NCBI GenBank assembly: GCA_964016885.1
Contig: CAXHJY010001379.1
Location: 1 to 64,000, forward strand
From: Eledone cirrhosa
Taxonomy: Eukaryota
DNA: 64,000 bases
Direction of reading: 5' to 3'
Below, piece after piece: positions 51,721-64,000 of the stretch (position 1 is the first letter of the stretch; every line of letters starts with the position of its first letter). Position numbers and translations under genes: made by a program. The notes under the pieces were generated by a model. That model saw nothing but the letters and a program-made list of their open reading frames with translations, had not been told where the DNA came from and did not search any database.

Positions 51721-52023
51721 ACCCTGGATAAATGATAATTAAATATAATTTCAACAAGATTTGAATTCTTGGACTAATGGATATCAAAATATTTTGTCTG
51801 GTGCCATTCTACTGTAGTGTTAACCTTCTTGGTAGCACCTGAAACCACTTCTCATCCTGTGTTAAAAAAAGTTTTTAAATGTCTAATGAAGGTGCATGGC
51901 ATGATTGTTAGGGCTTTGTAATCACAATCATAGTTGTGGTTTAAATGTAGTTTAAAATACCTGAATCAAAATTTAAAGCTTTTAATTATCGAAATATTTC
52001 TCTTTCAGTTCCCATCGGTGGGT

Positions 52024-52104
52024 ATGATGGAAGGACGGAATGCTGAAACTAAGAAGACTGAGGAAAATGTCCAACCTGCATCTCCAATCCATCAGTATAG
52101 CAGG
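52024..52104 (+). CDS. EIF4ENIF1: EIF4ENIF1 first coding exon (MMEGRNAETKKTEENVQPASPIHQYSR); exon begins at 52009 with 5'UTR
   Basis: Acceptor tttcag|52009, ATG at 52024, donor AGG|GTGAGT; supplies YSR of the eIF4E-binding motif. Confidence 0.85.
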
Positions 52105-52852
52105 GTGAGTGTTTGTATATTTATATTCATATCTGTCTGTAACATGATGCATTTCCTATTTCAGTGTGGTTGCTAAAATAAGTTCACTTTCCAATCACAA
52201 ATAGAAATTATGAGATCCAGATTTGCACCTGGAATGTTCCTGTGTGTGTGCAAGCCTTCAAGCTTCCTCTCTCCACACCACTGATGTTTTCCTAGGGTAA
52301 AACAAGAGCTGATTCAGCTTGACATCAGTGACATTGAAGGGGGTTCCAGGGCGTAAAGAGCTGGAGCAAATATCACAAGGCATCTCATCTAAAAATTCCA
52401 CTATTCCACTACCCTGAACAGGTATTAATACTTTGATTGACACTGAAAGGAAGAGAGGCAAAGTCAAATTATGTTCTAGTATGATGAAAAATCATATTTC
52501 TCATGGTGTCCTTTCTTTGAGGCAATGATTTATGCTGGATGTCCTTGGCTCCAACCTTTGTGTCTCTATTCTAAACCGGATACACATGGATGATCATCAT
52601 TGCTGTTTTACATCTATTTTCCATGCTTGGATATGTTAGATGTATTGTCATACTCTGAGGCGAGACAGACAGGCAGGTCAGATGCTGTCTTGCTCACGTG
52701 TTCCATTTTTGTCATGGTTTCTGTGGATAAATATCCTTCCTAACACCAATCACACCTGGGTTCACTTTGCTGTGGCACTACCACTATCACCTAACAAAGT
52801 GAACTGGGTGCATTTCATTGTAGCACCACCACTACATGATTTTATCCCAGAA

Positions 52853-53226
52853 GGCGCATGGCTTAGTAGTTAAAGCATTGGGCTTGCAATCGAAAGGTTG
52901 CGAGTTAAATTCACGGACTGGGTGATGTTTCCTTGAGCAAGATACTTTATTTCACATTGCTCCAGTTTACTCAGCTGTAGAAATGAGATGATAGGACTGG
53001 GGTCCCTATCATTCCACTGCAAAGTGGTCATGGCGGTGCCATGCCAAAAAAGCACCCAGCACTCACTGTAAATTAAGTTGGTGTTAGGAAGGGCATGCAG
53101 CTGTAGAAATCAAGCCAGAATCAGTTCCCGTATGAGCAAGAGAAGGTCAGCCGACCGGACACTGTCCACAACAGGACAAGTCCCACCCTTGCAAGCAGGG
53201 AAAAGCGGACGTAAAATGATGATGAA
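52853..53226 (+). mobile_element. tRNA-derived SINE family B with RTE-type tail
   Basis: Head ggcgcatggcttagtagttaaagcattgggcttgcaatcgaaaggttgcgagtt, body ccttgagcaagatactttatttcac, tail ..ggacgtaaaat(gat)n. Confidence 0.82.
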
Positions 53227-53541
53227 TGAATGACTCTTCCACCAAATTATATTACATGAGAAATCATACTTGATTAGAATTATGCAAAATGTTATTTTGC
53301 TGAGAATGCAAATTCTTATTTTTCAAAATTAATTGAAACATTTGCATAAAACATGAGGTGATCTCCTGTGGGAATAGGGTTGTTATAGAGCTTTATTTTG
53401 GGGGATAAGATTTGAATTTCGCATAGCTAAGTTTATTCATGTATTTTTCTGCTGTTTTTAAGTTAAATGAATAACCTAGTGAGCAGTGAATTATTAAATT
53501 ATTTCCAGCATTTATTAAAACTGAACTTTCTTTAATTTCAG

Positions 53542-53615
53542 GAAAGACTTCTAGAGTTGAAAAAGGTCCCTGCTGCCAGGAGCAAGCCATTAGGTCTTTC
53601 GAAAGAATTTTACAC
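53542..53615 (+). CDS. EIF4ENIF1: EIF4ENIF1 coding exon 2 (ERLLELKKVPAARSKPLGLSKEFYT)
   Basis: Acceptor tttcag|, donor AC|GTGAGT; completes YSRERLL. Confidence 0.9.
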
Positions 53616-55349
53616 GTGAGTTTATTATTCATATAATATCATGGGTATTTGACTTAGTAAAATAGAACTACAGAATTCCTTCCAAAAAATACATGCTTTT
53701 CCTGTGAAACCTACTCATTTCAATAATTTAAATTTGAGTAGATACACATACTCTAATTTCGTTACAGGTTTTAATAATTTTAATAGTGTACTAGGTGCAT
53801 TTATTTTGTGGTACCAGCACTAGAGGTTGTCTTATGCTTAACCAGACTCAAAAGTCCTCTCAAATTCTATACTATCTCCATTTGATCACCATACACTCTA
53901 GCCTCCAGTCTCTCATTATCTTTACTTTGTGTGTATGATAGTTATTTTTTAAATGATAGATTTGTTTAAAGATGTGTAGGCTGTTGTGGTGTGGGACTCG
54001 TGGCAAAACTAATTTTTCACTCTCTCTTTTCTTTTTTGCCCCTCAAAATTCTTTCCAAATGCAAAGAAGCATTCGGTTGTTGTTACATGCAGTGTCTGAG
54101 TTTGAATTTATTGTAGGTGGTGGGTTGGGAGAATCATTAGCACATATAAGCTGAAATACCTTGCAGTCTCTGTTCCAGCTCTCTATGCTTTGTGTTAAAA
54201 TCCTGATATGGTCAACTTGCATCCATGCCAATATAAGATATTGATACTGTGATATACAGCGGTAGATCGGCAGTATCAGTATAGCATCAGGCAACATGCA
54301 GTGTGGCGTATAGTTATGTCCCTTTACGTTCTGAGTTCAAATCCTGTCGAGCATAGCTTTGCCTTTCTTCCTTAAAGGGTTGATAAAATAAGCAGCAGTG
54401 ATCCACTTTGGTCAATTTAATCAACTTTCCTCGCCCCAAAAAATCGTTAGCCTCTTTCCTAAATCAGAAACCATTATTAATACTGAGGTAACATTACAAC
54501 AGAAGTGTTAACCATTTCTTTTCCCCAACTGACCTCTTAGTCATAAGAAACCTAAATACAAGGTTAATATTTGTGCTTTCTGCATGTATGTAGACAATGT
54601 ACACCTCTTACTGATTTCCAAATCAATCCTTAACCTCCAAATTCCATTAATTCTAATATATATATCATCATTATTGTCGTTTAACATCCGTTTTCTCTGA
54701 TAGCAAGGGTTGGACATGTCACAGATCGGCCACTATTCAAGCTGAGTCTCTGACCTCCAGGTAGACTGGGAGCTCAACATGTGATCCCTTGCCCTACCTT
54801 GTGCATTTTATCATGGAGCCACCACTGGGGAAGTTAGTATAGCTGGATAACCCTCCTGTCGCCAACATCACAGTATATATATATGATCATAGTTTAAAAT
54901 CCATTTTCCATGCTAGCAAGACGTGCTGTCCCATTGAGACAAGTCATATCAGGTGACTGTATCTTGCTCATACAAAACTGTTTCTAGCTTGGTTTCTATG
55001 GCTGGATGCCCTTTACGCCAAACAAATTTACAGCATGTACTGTGCTTTTTATCATGTCGCCAAAACAACCACCTTGTTATAGCAATTATTGCTGTCTGAT
55101 TTAGTTCTCTTTTAAAGGATGTAGTTTCAGGCTTAGTTATGCTCTGTGACAATTTGGGCCTGTCTTCTATAGCCTCAGGCTGACCAATTGTATAGATGGG
55201 AACTGTGAAAGCCCATCGTTTGTATGTAACAATGTGTGTTTGTGTATGTCTTAGCTTCCAAAACACCATAAGTCGGTAAATCTACCACACTGAAAAGTGT
55301 GCTGGCGTCAGGAAGGGCATCCAGCTGTGGAAATTTGGCATGGATGAAG

Positions 55350-55416
<67 letters not shown>

Positions 55417-55967
55417 TCTGTGTGTGTGCTTTCTACATGTCTCTCTCTTTATCTATCTCCTATAGATATATATATATAAACAACCCTAGGGCAGAATATA
55501 TATCTACACTACTTCTTATCAAGTATAGAGTACTAAGTTGATTAATATATATCGTGATAGTGTCAAAATTCTATATGCTTGATCTATATCGTTGCTATTT
55601 ACTGCTAGAATTATCTCAACTTGATTTAGCTGACAATGTGGAAAAAAAAAAACGCCTCAAAACATAGACGTGGAAGTTTAATTTTATTTATTATTTTCAA
55701 TTTTATTTAGAAACTATTTCTATATTCCACCTAGAATCGATTAAAAGGGGTGTCTTAACGAATATCTTGTATTAATTGTATGTTTTTGTTTACATCGCTG
55801 TGCGGCCATGTTTGTTTTCTCATTTTTCTTCACTGTCGCCATCTTTGCCTCGTTCTGGTTAACCCGTTGTTTTTAATTGCTTTTAATTATTACCAAATAT
55901 ATTATTACTATTACTCTCTCTCGTTTTTCTTCTTCCAACACTTCTATCCACCGTCTTTCTCTCTATT

Positions 55968-56111
<144 letters not shown>

Positions 56112-56876
56112 TCTCTCTCCCTTCCGTTAAATTCTCGCCGATTTTGTTTTGTTTATTTCTAACTAGGTTTGCTTTTGCCCCCTCCCCCTCTCTCTCTCTA
56201 TCTAATCTTCTCTCCTAGTTTCTTCTCCCTCTTGTTCTTACCTATCTGAATATTCCGGAGGAGGAGGTCACACTTTAATTTTTAATATCTTGCAGTTACT
56301 TATTTCCTATCCTTGTTCGTAATAGCTCGGTGTCTAGATTTGTTGTTTTTTTTTTTCCCTCTTGATATGCTCGGCTTCATTAATTCTGTTTACATCGACA
56401 TTAAACTGTGTGTGACCGTTGTTTTGTGAACCGTATCCATACACACACATATATATGTTCGTCGATACATACACATATATATATATATAATGAATTATTG
56501 AATACAGTGCTCAGGTGCATATATATATATATATATATATATGGCTTTTTGCTACAATATTTTCTATACCTTTTATATATATATATATATCGAACACGGG
56601 GATACAACGTCTTGTTAGTTTCACATATATTAAAATGAAATTGTCTACGTCTCTTTAGTGCCCCCCCCCCCCTTCCCTCCCTCATGTTTCTTTCAATGTC
56701 ACTTTCTTCTCTACTTCCTCCCTGTTCTCTCGTTTTCTTCTCGTCTCGTAATGTCACTTTCTTACACTTCCAAGTGACACTTACTCTTTGTTTAACCCAA
56801 TGTCAACACACCTTTTTTAATAACTGTCGGCGTTGTTTTGCCTAGTGTCAACTCTGGTCGAGCAAACCTATCGACT

Positions 56877-56926
<50 letters not shown>

Positions 56927-57606
56927 TCTAGGAACGGTCGACTTTCGTCAAATCGGACCGTCGGAACAATGTTTCCGTTGGTCTTTCCAATTGCTAATGC
57001 TATCTATCGGTCGCAACTCCAGGTAGAAGGAGCAACGTGAAATAAAGTGTCTTGCTCAAGGACATAACGCATCGCCTGGTCCAGGAATCGAACTCACAAC
57101 CTTACGATTGCGAATCCAATTCCCTAACCACTCAGCCACACGCCTTCACGTATATATATATATGCGCGCGCGCGGTATCCCCAAAAATGTATACACAGTT
57201 CAAAAGCATTCTAATAAATAGTGCTTGTACAAGTATTCAGTGTGCATACAATTTTTGGGACACCCTCTATATATATCTCTACAGTTTCTAATGTGCCTTT
57301 TATTTAAGGCAGATATGGTGTGAATTAAGAGAATTAGTTTGCTATTTCTAGCATGTCGTATTTAATTTCTCTTATATAGAGATAGTTTGACACAATGCGG
57401 CTTAACTAAAGGATTTGTATTGAGACAAAAACAATTAATGGGACGTATGTATGTATGTATATATATATATATATAGCAAGGGTGGCTACGTCCAGGTGTT
57501 ATTTGGTTGTTTAACTCTAGGTCAGCTCTGGTTGAACGAGCAGACCAACGATCAAAACTATGCCGCTTGTGAACATACCTAGCAGCGTTTTATTTCGTTA
57601 TAAATA

Positions 57607-57670
<64 letters not shown>

Positions 57671-58509
57671 AGTAGTAAACCTACATAAGATATCATTGAT
57701 TAACGTGTATGTTCCATGCTTGCCTGGGTTAGACTGGTTTTCTCGTTCTAAGACTAGACTAGTCAGGTAACCGGGTCTTATTCCTTCCGTTTTGTGTTTG
57801 TTTTCTACAATAGGATCCCTTCCCTCACACCAACCATTTAAGTGTGTACTGGGAGCGTGGTCTCTACGGCTGGATGCCTATCCTAACACCAGCCACTTTA
57901 GTGTGTACTGGGAGCATGGTTTCTGTAGCTGATTGCCCTTCCTAACCCCAACCACTTTACAGTGTGTGTTGGGAGAATGGTTTCTGTAGCTGGTTGCTCT
58001 TTCCTAACACCAACCACTTTACAGCAGAGATTTGAGGGAGTTTTGCTTGCTATTTTTCTAGTGGGTTGAAAGTTCAATCACACATTCCTTCTTTGGTGCC
58101 TAACATATAAGGCAATAAGATTTTCTGTATTTGCTCAACCTACTAGAAATAACTGCCAAATGTCCTTGAAGGGGAAGGTCATGTTAAAATATTCAGAAGA
58201 TGACAGGGTGGTCATGGCTAGAATGCCTCTATGTATGCTTGATCAGGGTTCACCTAGAGTTAATTAACAGTAGACAATAGTTGTTAGCCTTTTCATAACT
58301 GTATATTGAATGAAATACACCGTTTCAATTAACTAAGGAAGAATTTTGAGGGATTTACTAGAATTATTTTATTGAGAGTAACTTAACAAATGGTTCATTT
58401 ATAAAATAAGTTACATTATTAAAGTGCTGGAGTCTATAAAATCAACTATACTCCTCCTGCAAATTCAAGGCTATATGATTGTTTAGAATAGATTAGTAAA
58501 AAATATGCA

Positions 58510-58725
58510 CTAAAAGGTGCTGCAAAATGCCAGTGGAAGGAAGTTGTAGTAAAGGGAGACCAAGGAAGATCCGATCTGAGCAGAAGTTGTGAGAGCTGAT
58601 TTCAAATTGCTGAATATCACAGTGGAGATATCAAAGGACCACAATGAATGGGTGGACTTTGTGCTGGAAAAGACCTGTCCAACCCATGCAAGTATGGAAA
58701 ACTGGACATAAAACGATGATGATGA
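58510..58725 (+). mobile_element. RTE-like LINE 3' end
   Basis: GRPRK-type coding remnant, then acccatgcaagtatgg..aaaac(gat)n tail. Confidence 0.7.
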
Positions 58726-60102
58726 CAGCAGATATATGACAGTTAATCTGTTAATGATGGTTCTGTGGTGAATAACAGCAGCAGCAGAAACCATCACCAA
58801 CCATTGCTGCTGCAGCTAATGACCTGCTCACAGCTGTCAAAGAATGTTTATGTTTTAGAATTACTTTAGCATAACAAATCCACCAATGTTATCTGTTGAA
58901 CTGTCAATACATGAATAAAACCTGCTTGCTATTTACTGTCACATCATACATACAACATCAATGTTAATATAACAAATATAACTGCTTTCTCGTGGCAGCT
59001 TTTCAATAAAACCATTTCACCTAGCCTCTTCTCTCTTCTTACTTTGAGTTTATCTATATGAATTCCAGCCATTATTTAATCCCCCACCCTCCGAGATACT
59101 TCTAATTTTGACTAATATGAAAATCATCAGTTTTCTCTGTTTGAAATTTCAAACTATTTTTTTGTGCCTTGTATCATTGTAATCATTTTTGCATCAACTT
59201 TTCCTTGTTGGTATGGGTTGGACAGGATTTTTTGCAGACAATGTCTTGTAGCTAGATGTCCTTCCTGACACCAACCCATTTAGTCACTTCTTACAACATT
59301 CAATGTAAAAACTCTGGCCTATTACTTACCTAATTGGACCTACAAGACCTCAATTCAAAATATATGGTGCATTGTAAAATCTATTTAAAGTAGAAGTGTT
59401 CCTTTTACTCAAGTATATACATAGTTTAACTATAAAAAGGGACTTGGTATGTTCATTACTCATTGACAGTTTAATTTTGAACACAGATGAAATCACTTGT
59501 CAGACATATACATCCTTTAAGACACTCATGCTTCCCGAAATACGCCAAAACTACACCTGATGTACCCCTTCCATACACATGCACACATGTGTGTATCATG
59601 ACTCGTGCACTGTTCATTTTACTGATGTTTGTGCATTGCCCTATGTACTGTACATGCACTTTTTTGATGAGTTGTGGTGCACCTGGGCACTGTACACAAT
59701 ATTTCATTATTGTTATTATATCATGACTCATACACTGTTCATTTTCCTGACATTTGTACATTATTCTATGTACTATACATGCACCTTTGATGAGTTGTAG
59801 TGCACCTGAGCACTGTACACAATAATTTCATTATTATTATTATATCTTGTTTTAATAGACCTTTCAGTTTGTGTCAAAAGATACTTCTCCTGTGCACTCG
59901 ATAAAACATGACCATACGTAAGCGATATACAGAACCCCCCAGTCTGTCTAGAGGTCAGTAGCACCGCTTCAATACTGACGAGAAAAGGGGCCATTAAACG
60001 ATGATGATACAATTACTGTTGTAGTTCCATTTGTTTTAATGATTGTAGCTAAAAAAGAAACCCAACTCTATAATGACCTTTATACATCAATTATTTCTCT
60101 AG

Positions 60103-60248
60103 CTCTGATGGTGTTTGGGACCCAGAGAAATGGTTCAAGGCTTTCATAGCTTCACCCGAGGGCTCGCCCCTTACAATCAGTGATGGTCGAGAACGACGGC
60201 GACCTTTGGAGATTGATAGAGATTTTATCTTCCGCCGCCGCTTGTCGG
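60103..60248 (+). CDS. EIF4ENIF1: EIF4ENIF1 coding exon 3 (SDGVWDPEKWFKAF...IFRRRLS)
   Basis: Acceptor ctctag|, donor G|GTAAGA; conserved DGVWDPEKW. Confidence 0.93.
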
Positions 60249-60346
60249 GTAAGACAGTCTTATCTTCTTTTTTTTAGTTTGTGAATGTTTTCATTTCCAA
60301 TGTTAGCATGTATGGGAGGATCAGTGTGTGTATTGTGTTGATTTGG

Positions 60347-60390
<44 letters not shown>

Positions 60391-60655
60391 TGACTTGGGG
60401 TTGTATGTGATTGTTGATTTGGATGTGTGTGTGTGTGTGTGATGACTTGGGGTTGTATGTGTATGATTGTGTTGACTTGGGCATGGTGTAATTGTGTAGG
60501 GCACCAACGAACACTTGAGTGGATGTCAGGTCATAAACACAACTGAAGTTTTTCTGACCCTGGATGTGTACTCGTGTTGACTTGGGTGGTTCTATACATT
60601 TGAGTTTTAGAAAATAATGTATTTTCTACAGAGGTTGTTGTTGTTGTTGTTTCAG

Positions 60656-60794
60656 ATCCTAAGGAACGGTTGAGGGATGATTGTATTGTGTTAAGCCCTC
60701 AGCGTAGAAGCTTTGGAACAGGGTGCCATGTAACACTTTCGGGCATCGGGAGACAAGTTAGTTGTCCTCCTGATTTCAAAGAGTCTGCTCAAAG
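60656..60794 (+). CDS. EIF4ENIF1: EIF4ENIF1 coding exon 4 (DPKERLRDDCIVLSPQRRSFGTGCHV...AQR)
   Basis: Acceptor tttcag|, donor AG|GTAATT; conserved VLSPQRRSF motif. Confidence 0.93.
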
Positions 60795-60967
60795 GTAATT
60801 CATTTTTCCATATTATTAATATGATCACTTTAAAACAAACAATTTTGTATCGTAGAACCAGGGGTGGTTTGGTATCAAAAAGGTTAAATTAATTTTAATT
60901 TTCTTTTTCTTTTTTTGACACTATTCTTCATTTTTACTAATATTTTTTTCTTTCCATTTTTCTGTAG

Positions 60968-61103
60968 AGAGCGAACTCGAAGAATTGGGAGTGGCCGAAT
61001 TCAACTCGAGAAGGATTACAACTGTAGATACGATAACCGTGATGATCGCTTTGAAAGAAGTGATAATGGACGTGGTGATAACTTTAGGAACAGCTATGAT
61101 AGG
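60968..61103 (+). CDS. EIF4ENIF1: EIF4ENIF1 coding exon 5 (ERTRRIGSGRIQ...NSYDR)
   Basis: Acceptor tctgtag|, donor AGG|GTATGT; RRIGSGRI motif. Confidence 0.92.
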
Positions 61104-61703
61104 GTATGTCCTGTTATCACTTGACTGCTTTTTAAGATGTCATTCTAAACTGTTTTGGGATGCAAAAGCCATTTTTCTCTAGTAAAGTAGGGGTTAGGCT
61201 TATATGGTCTCTTAATAAGCTTCACAAGCATCATAGGGTTTTTTTTAGAAGTAATGTTTTAAAACCAAGTACTCTTCTTGTTGCCTACTTTTATGATACA
61301 TTACTTCTACTTTTCCATGGGTTGCATGGGTCCTTTCCCCACATAGCCTCCCTCCACTCGTAACATTTCTTCAGCATTTTGAGAATGTGAGCAGAAGGTT
61401 AATGAAAACCTGTTGCTTGTTCAGTGTTAAAATTGTAATAGAAAGAAATTATTGGCAGAAATTTCGTGTTTTACAATAGCAATGCTCAGTCATTGCTTAA
61501 TCAGTACAGGAATTCTGGTTCACTTTCAGCACCGTCAATTTGATAACATTCGCACACTCGTAGCTATTTCATTTGATGAGAGCAACCAAACTATAAATTA
61601 ATTGATTATTAACAAATGTAAAAGTCTTCTGATGAGTATTTAAAGTTTTATAATGAATGCTGTATAGAGCCATGTATTGATATTCTTATTTTCTTTCTTA
61701 CAG

Positions 61704-61734
61704 CGAGACATAAATCCACGTAGAATGAATACTC
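61704..61734 (+). CDS. EIF4ENIF1: EIF4ENIF1 coding exon 6, 31-nt microexon (RDINPRRMNT)
   Basis: Strong acceptor ttctttcttacag| and donor C|GTAAGT; needed to bridge phase 0 (exon 5) to phase 1 (exon 7). Confidence 0.85.
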
Positions 61735-62476
61735 GTAAGTTATATATAACCTTGTTGTTGTTTTAATTCATGCTTTTTAGATTTTCAAATTAGATCTTGT
61801 TGATTAGTTATTGTACGTGACACTAGATTGAATAAGCTCATTTTTTAGCCTCTTGTTAAACCGTATAGAGCTTCTGTTTTTTTTTTGGGGGGGGGGGGGG
61901 GGTTAGGGGTATTTAAGATAACATTATACATTTTCTCTTTTAAAATGATGGAGCATGATTTGAGATAAATTTTGACTATTTTCAATAAGCCAATTGACCA
62001 TGCAGAGGCTTGTGATCTGGTTGTGTGGTTGGTTTATGTGTTGTTAACTGTAAGGAGGACGGACAGCAAGTTGCTGGAAAATAAACCCCTAAAATACCAC
62101 TCAACCATCCACTATTCAGTTTTCTATCCATCAGTTCACCTTTGCTATCATGGGAAAATATGAAAACATATAAAAATTTGGGAATGATTTAGTTATATAA
62201 CTTTAAGCTAGTGTTTGGAACCTAACTTAAAGGTTCTTACATAAAAGTATGATGGAAGATTTTCAAATGAATATAAACACTTTACAATAAACAGATTTGT
62301 ATCATAGAACCAGGGGTTGTTAGGTGTCAGAAGCATAACTTAAAAGTTTTTAGATAAAATTATGAAAGAAGGTTTTCAAATAAGTATAAACACTTTTGAA
62401 ATAAAGTTTGTATCTTAGAACCAGAGACTGTTTAGTATTAAAAGGATTAATTATCTTTCTCTTCTTTGTTGTGTAG

Positions 62477-62680
62477 CCAACCGACGACGAAATATGCGTC
62501 GGCATGACGACGACCCGGCTCCAGAGTGGTTCACTGATGGACCAAACAGCAAAACAGACACCATTGAACTACGTGGTTTTGAAACCACTGGAGAACAAGC
62601 AGAAGAAGATATGGATGAAGTTAACATGCCTGTTGTGAACAGGAAGGAGTATCTCTCACACATAAATGAAGAGGACATTG
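62477..62680 (+). CDS. EIF4ENIF1: EIF4ENIF1 coding exon 7 (Cup-homology domain PEWFTDGPNSKTDTIELRGFE)
   Basis: Acceptor gtgtag|, donor G|GTATGG. Confidence 0.93.
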
Positions 62681-63386
62681 GTATGGCTTTGCTTAGTCTT
62701 GTTGTGTAAAATTGGTGGCAACATGGCAGTTGTAATAGCATAGGACAGAATGCGTTGCAGCATTTGTTCCAGCTTTCTGCTCTCTGTCATGCTCAACACT
62801 GCTTTTCATCCTTTTAGGATTGATAAAGTACCGGTCAAAAATCTGGTGAATTGGCAGCATTGTTAGAGCATCAAGTTAGATGCTGTGTGGTATTTGTTCC
62901 AGCTCTTTCCATTCTGACTTCAAATCTCGCTGTGGCCTAAATGGGTGGCAGACTTCATCTCACACCCTGTTTAATACATCTTAGCACCTTGGGTGCCTTT
63001 AACAGTCTGCTCTATTGCAATCCTTTCATCCAGGTCTCCGGTTTGAGTATATCTTCCTAATAGTCTCAGAAGCCCTGCTCTCGTGAGTTTAAATCTGTAG
63101 TGGTCAACATTGCTTTTCATCTTTTCAGGATCGATAAAGTACCAATGAAAAATCTGGGGAATTGTCTGGCCTCATTACACGATAGTCTGTTTAATCCATG
63201 TAAGCATGGGAAGTAGTTGTTAAATTATGGTGACATTTTGTTTCATAGATGCAAAGGTGATTTTTGGTCATCAAAAAGATTAATTTATAATTCATTGTAA
63301 TTATCCCTGTAGGTCCTAGTAATTCAATGTGTTGTATGGATTTGTTGAGTGTATTACAATGTTGAATTGATGTTCTCTCTTTTCAG

Positions 63387-63553
63387 CTAACATCAGTGTG
63401 TCTGAGAGAAATGGCAGCTTGGAAACTAATGAATCCAGTTCTCCAGAGGACTCTCCTCCCTCAGACAACGTACATGGCACACCACCTCAAACCTCGCCTT
63501 TCTTTGATCTTGATGAATTTTTCAAAATCAATATACCAATACTTGGCATGATG
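63387..63553 (+). CDS. EIF4ENIF1: EIF4ENIF1 coding exon 8 (NISVSERNG...FFDLDEFFKINIPILGMM)
   Basis: Acceptor tttcag|, donor ATG|GTAAGT; FD-hydrophobic-x-EFF motif. Confidence 0.9.
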
Positions 63554-63818
63554 GTAAGTTCAATTGCAAATTGTCACGTGCCTTCTTGAGTCGTTAGAAA
63601 GTCGGATAGAATGCTTTGCAGTATTCATTACGGCTCTCTGTGCTCGGAGTACAAAATTTTCCGAGGTCATCTTTGCCTTCCATCCTCTGTCAATAAAAAA
63701 AAAGTACCAGTCAAGTACTGGGGTTGACTTTTCCTCTATATCTCTTTCTCACTTCATCTGATTCTCAATCTTTCTTTTTTAATGGTCATATTTTAAATAT
63801 TTTTTTTTTTTGTTTCAG

Positions 63819-63945
63819 GATGGTAGTTTGGAAGAATCTGATGTAACACAAGGTAGCAGGTTTAGCCGCTGGTTCAGTCAAACTGCCAACCATGACAGTA
63901 ACAGCAGGCGTTCCTCGATTGTTGAGGAAACTGGCTGTATTCGAG
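63819..63945 (+). CDS. EIF4ENIF1: EIF4ENIF1 coding exon 9 (DGSLEESDVTQGSRFSRWFSQ...GCIR)
   Basis: Acceptor tgtttcag|, donor G|GTAGGT; SRFSRWF motif. Confidence 0.9.
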
Positions 63946-64000
63946 GTAGGTCTACTATAATGTCTCTCTTAGATGGGCTGGGGGTAACTGGCTGTATACA

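Noticed and set aside
52853-52930. tRNA gene
   Set aside because: The tRNA-like head continues into a SINE body and tail, occurs in multiple diverged copies, and lacks a complete cloverleaf.

Overview
AT-rich, microsatellite- and retroelement-dense animal genomic DNA. The SINE/LINE/MITE repertoire looks like a coleoid cephalopod (Octopus-like); this is an inference. Two spliced genes sit head-to-head about 25.6 kb apart. One is a complete 9-exon DRG1 on the minus strand (ATG 26387 to stop 10116; 1098 nt, 365 aa; all junctions GT-AG and in phase). The other is the first nine coding exons of EIF4ENIF1/4E-T on the plus strand (ATG 52024, running off the window end). The rest is tRNA-derived SINEs, RTE, R4/Dong and CRE-like LINE fragments, Penelope-like remnants carrying minimal hammerhead-ribozyme motifs, piggyBac and Tc1/mariner elements, minisatellites and microsatellites. 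The most unusual structure is a 21-unit tandem array filling DRG1 intron 7 whose unit is a copy of the gene's own intron 7/exon 8 splice-acceptor junction (a decoy 3' splice-site array). A single degenerate acceptor copy also sits in front of exon 3. Nearly all ORFs in the supplied track are microsatellite or repeat artefacts.
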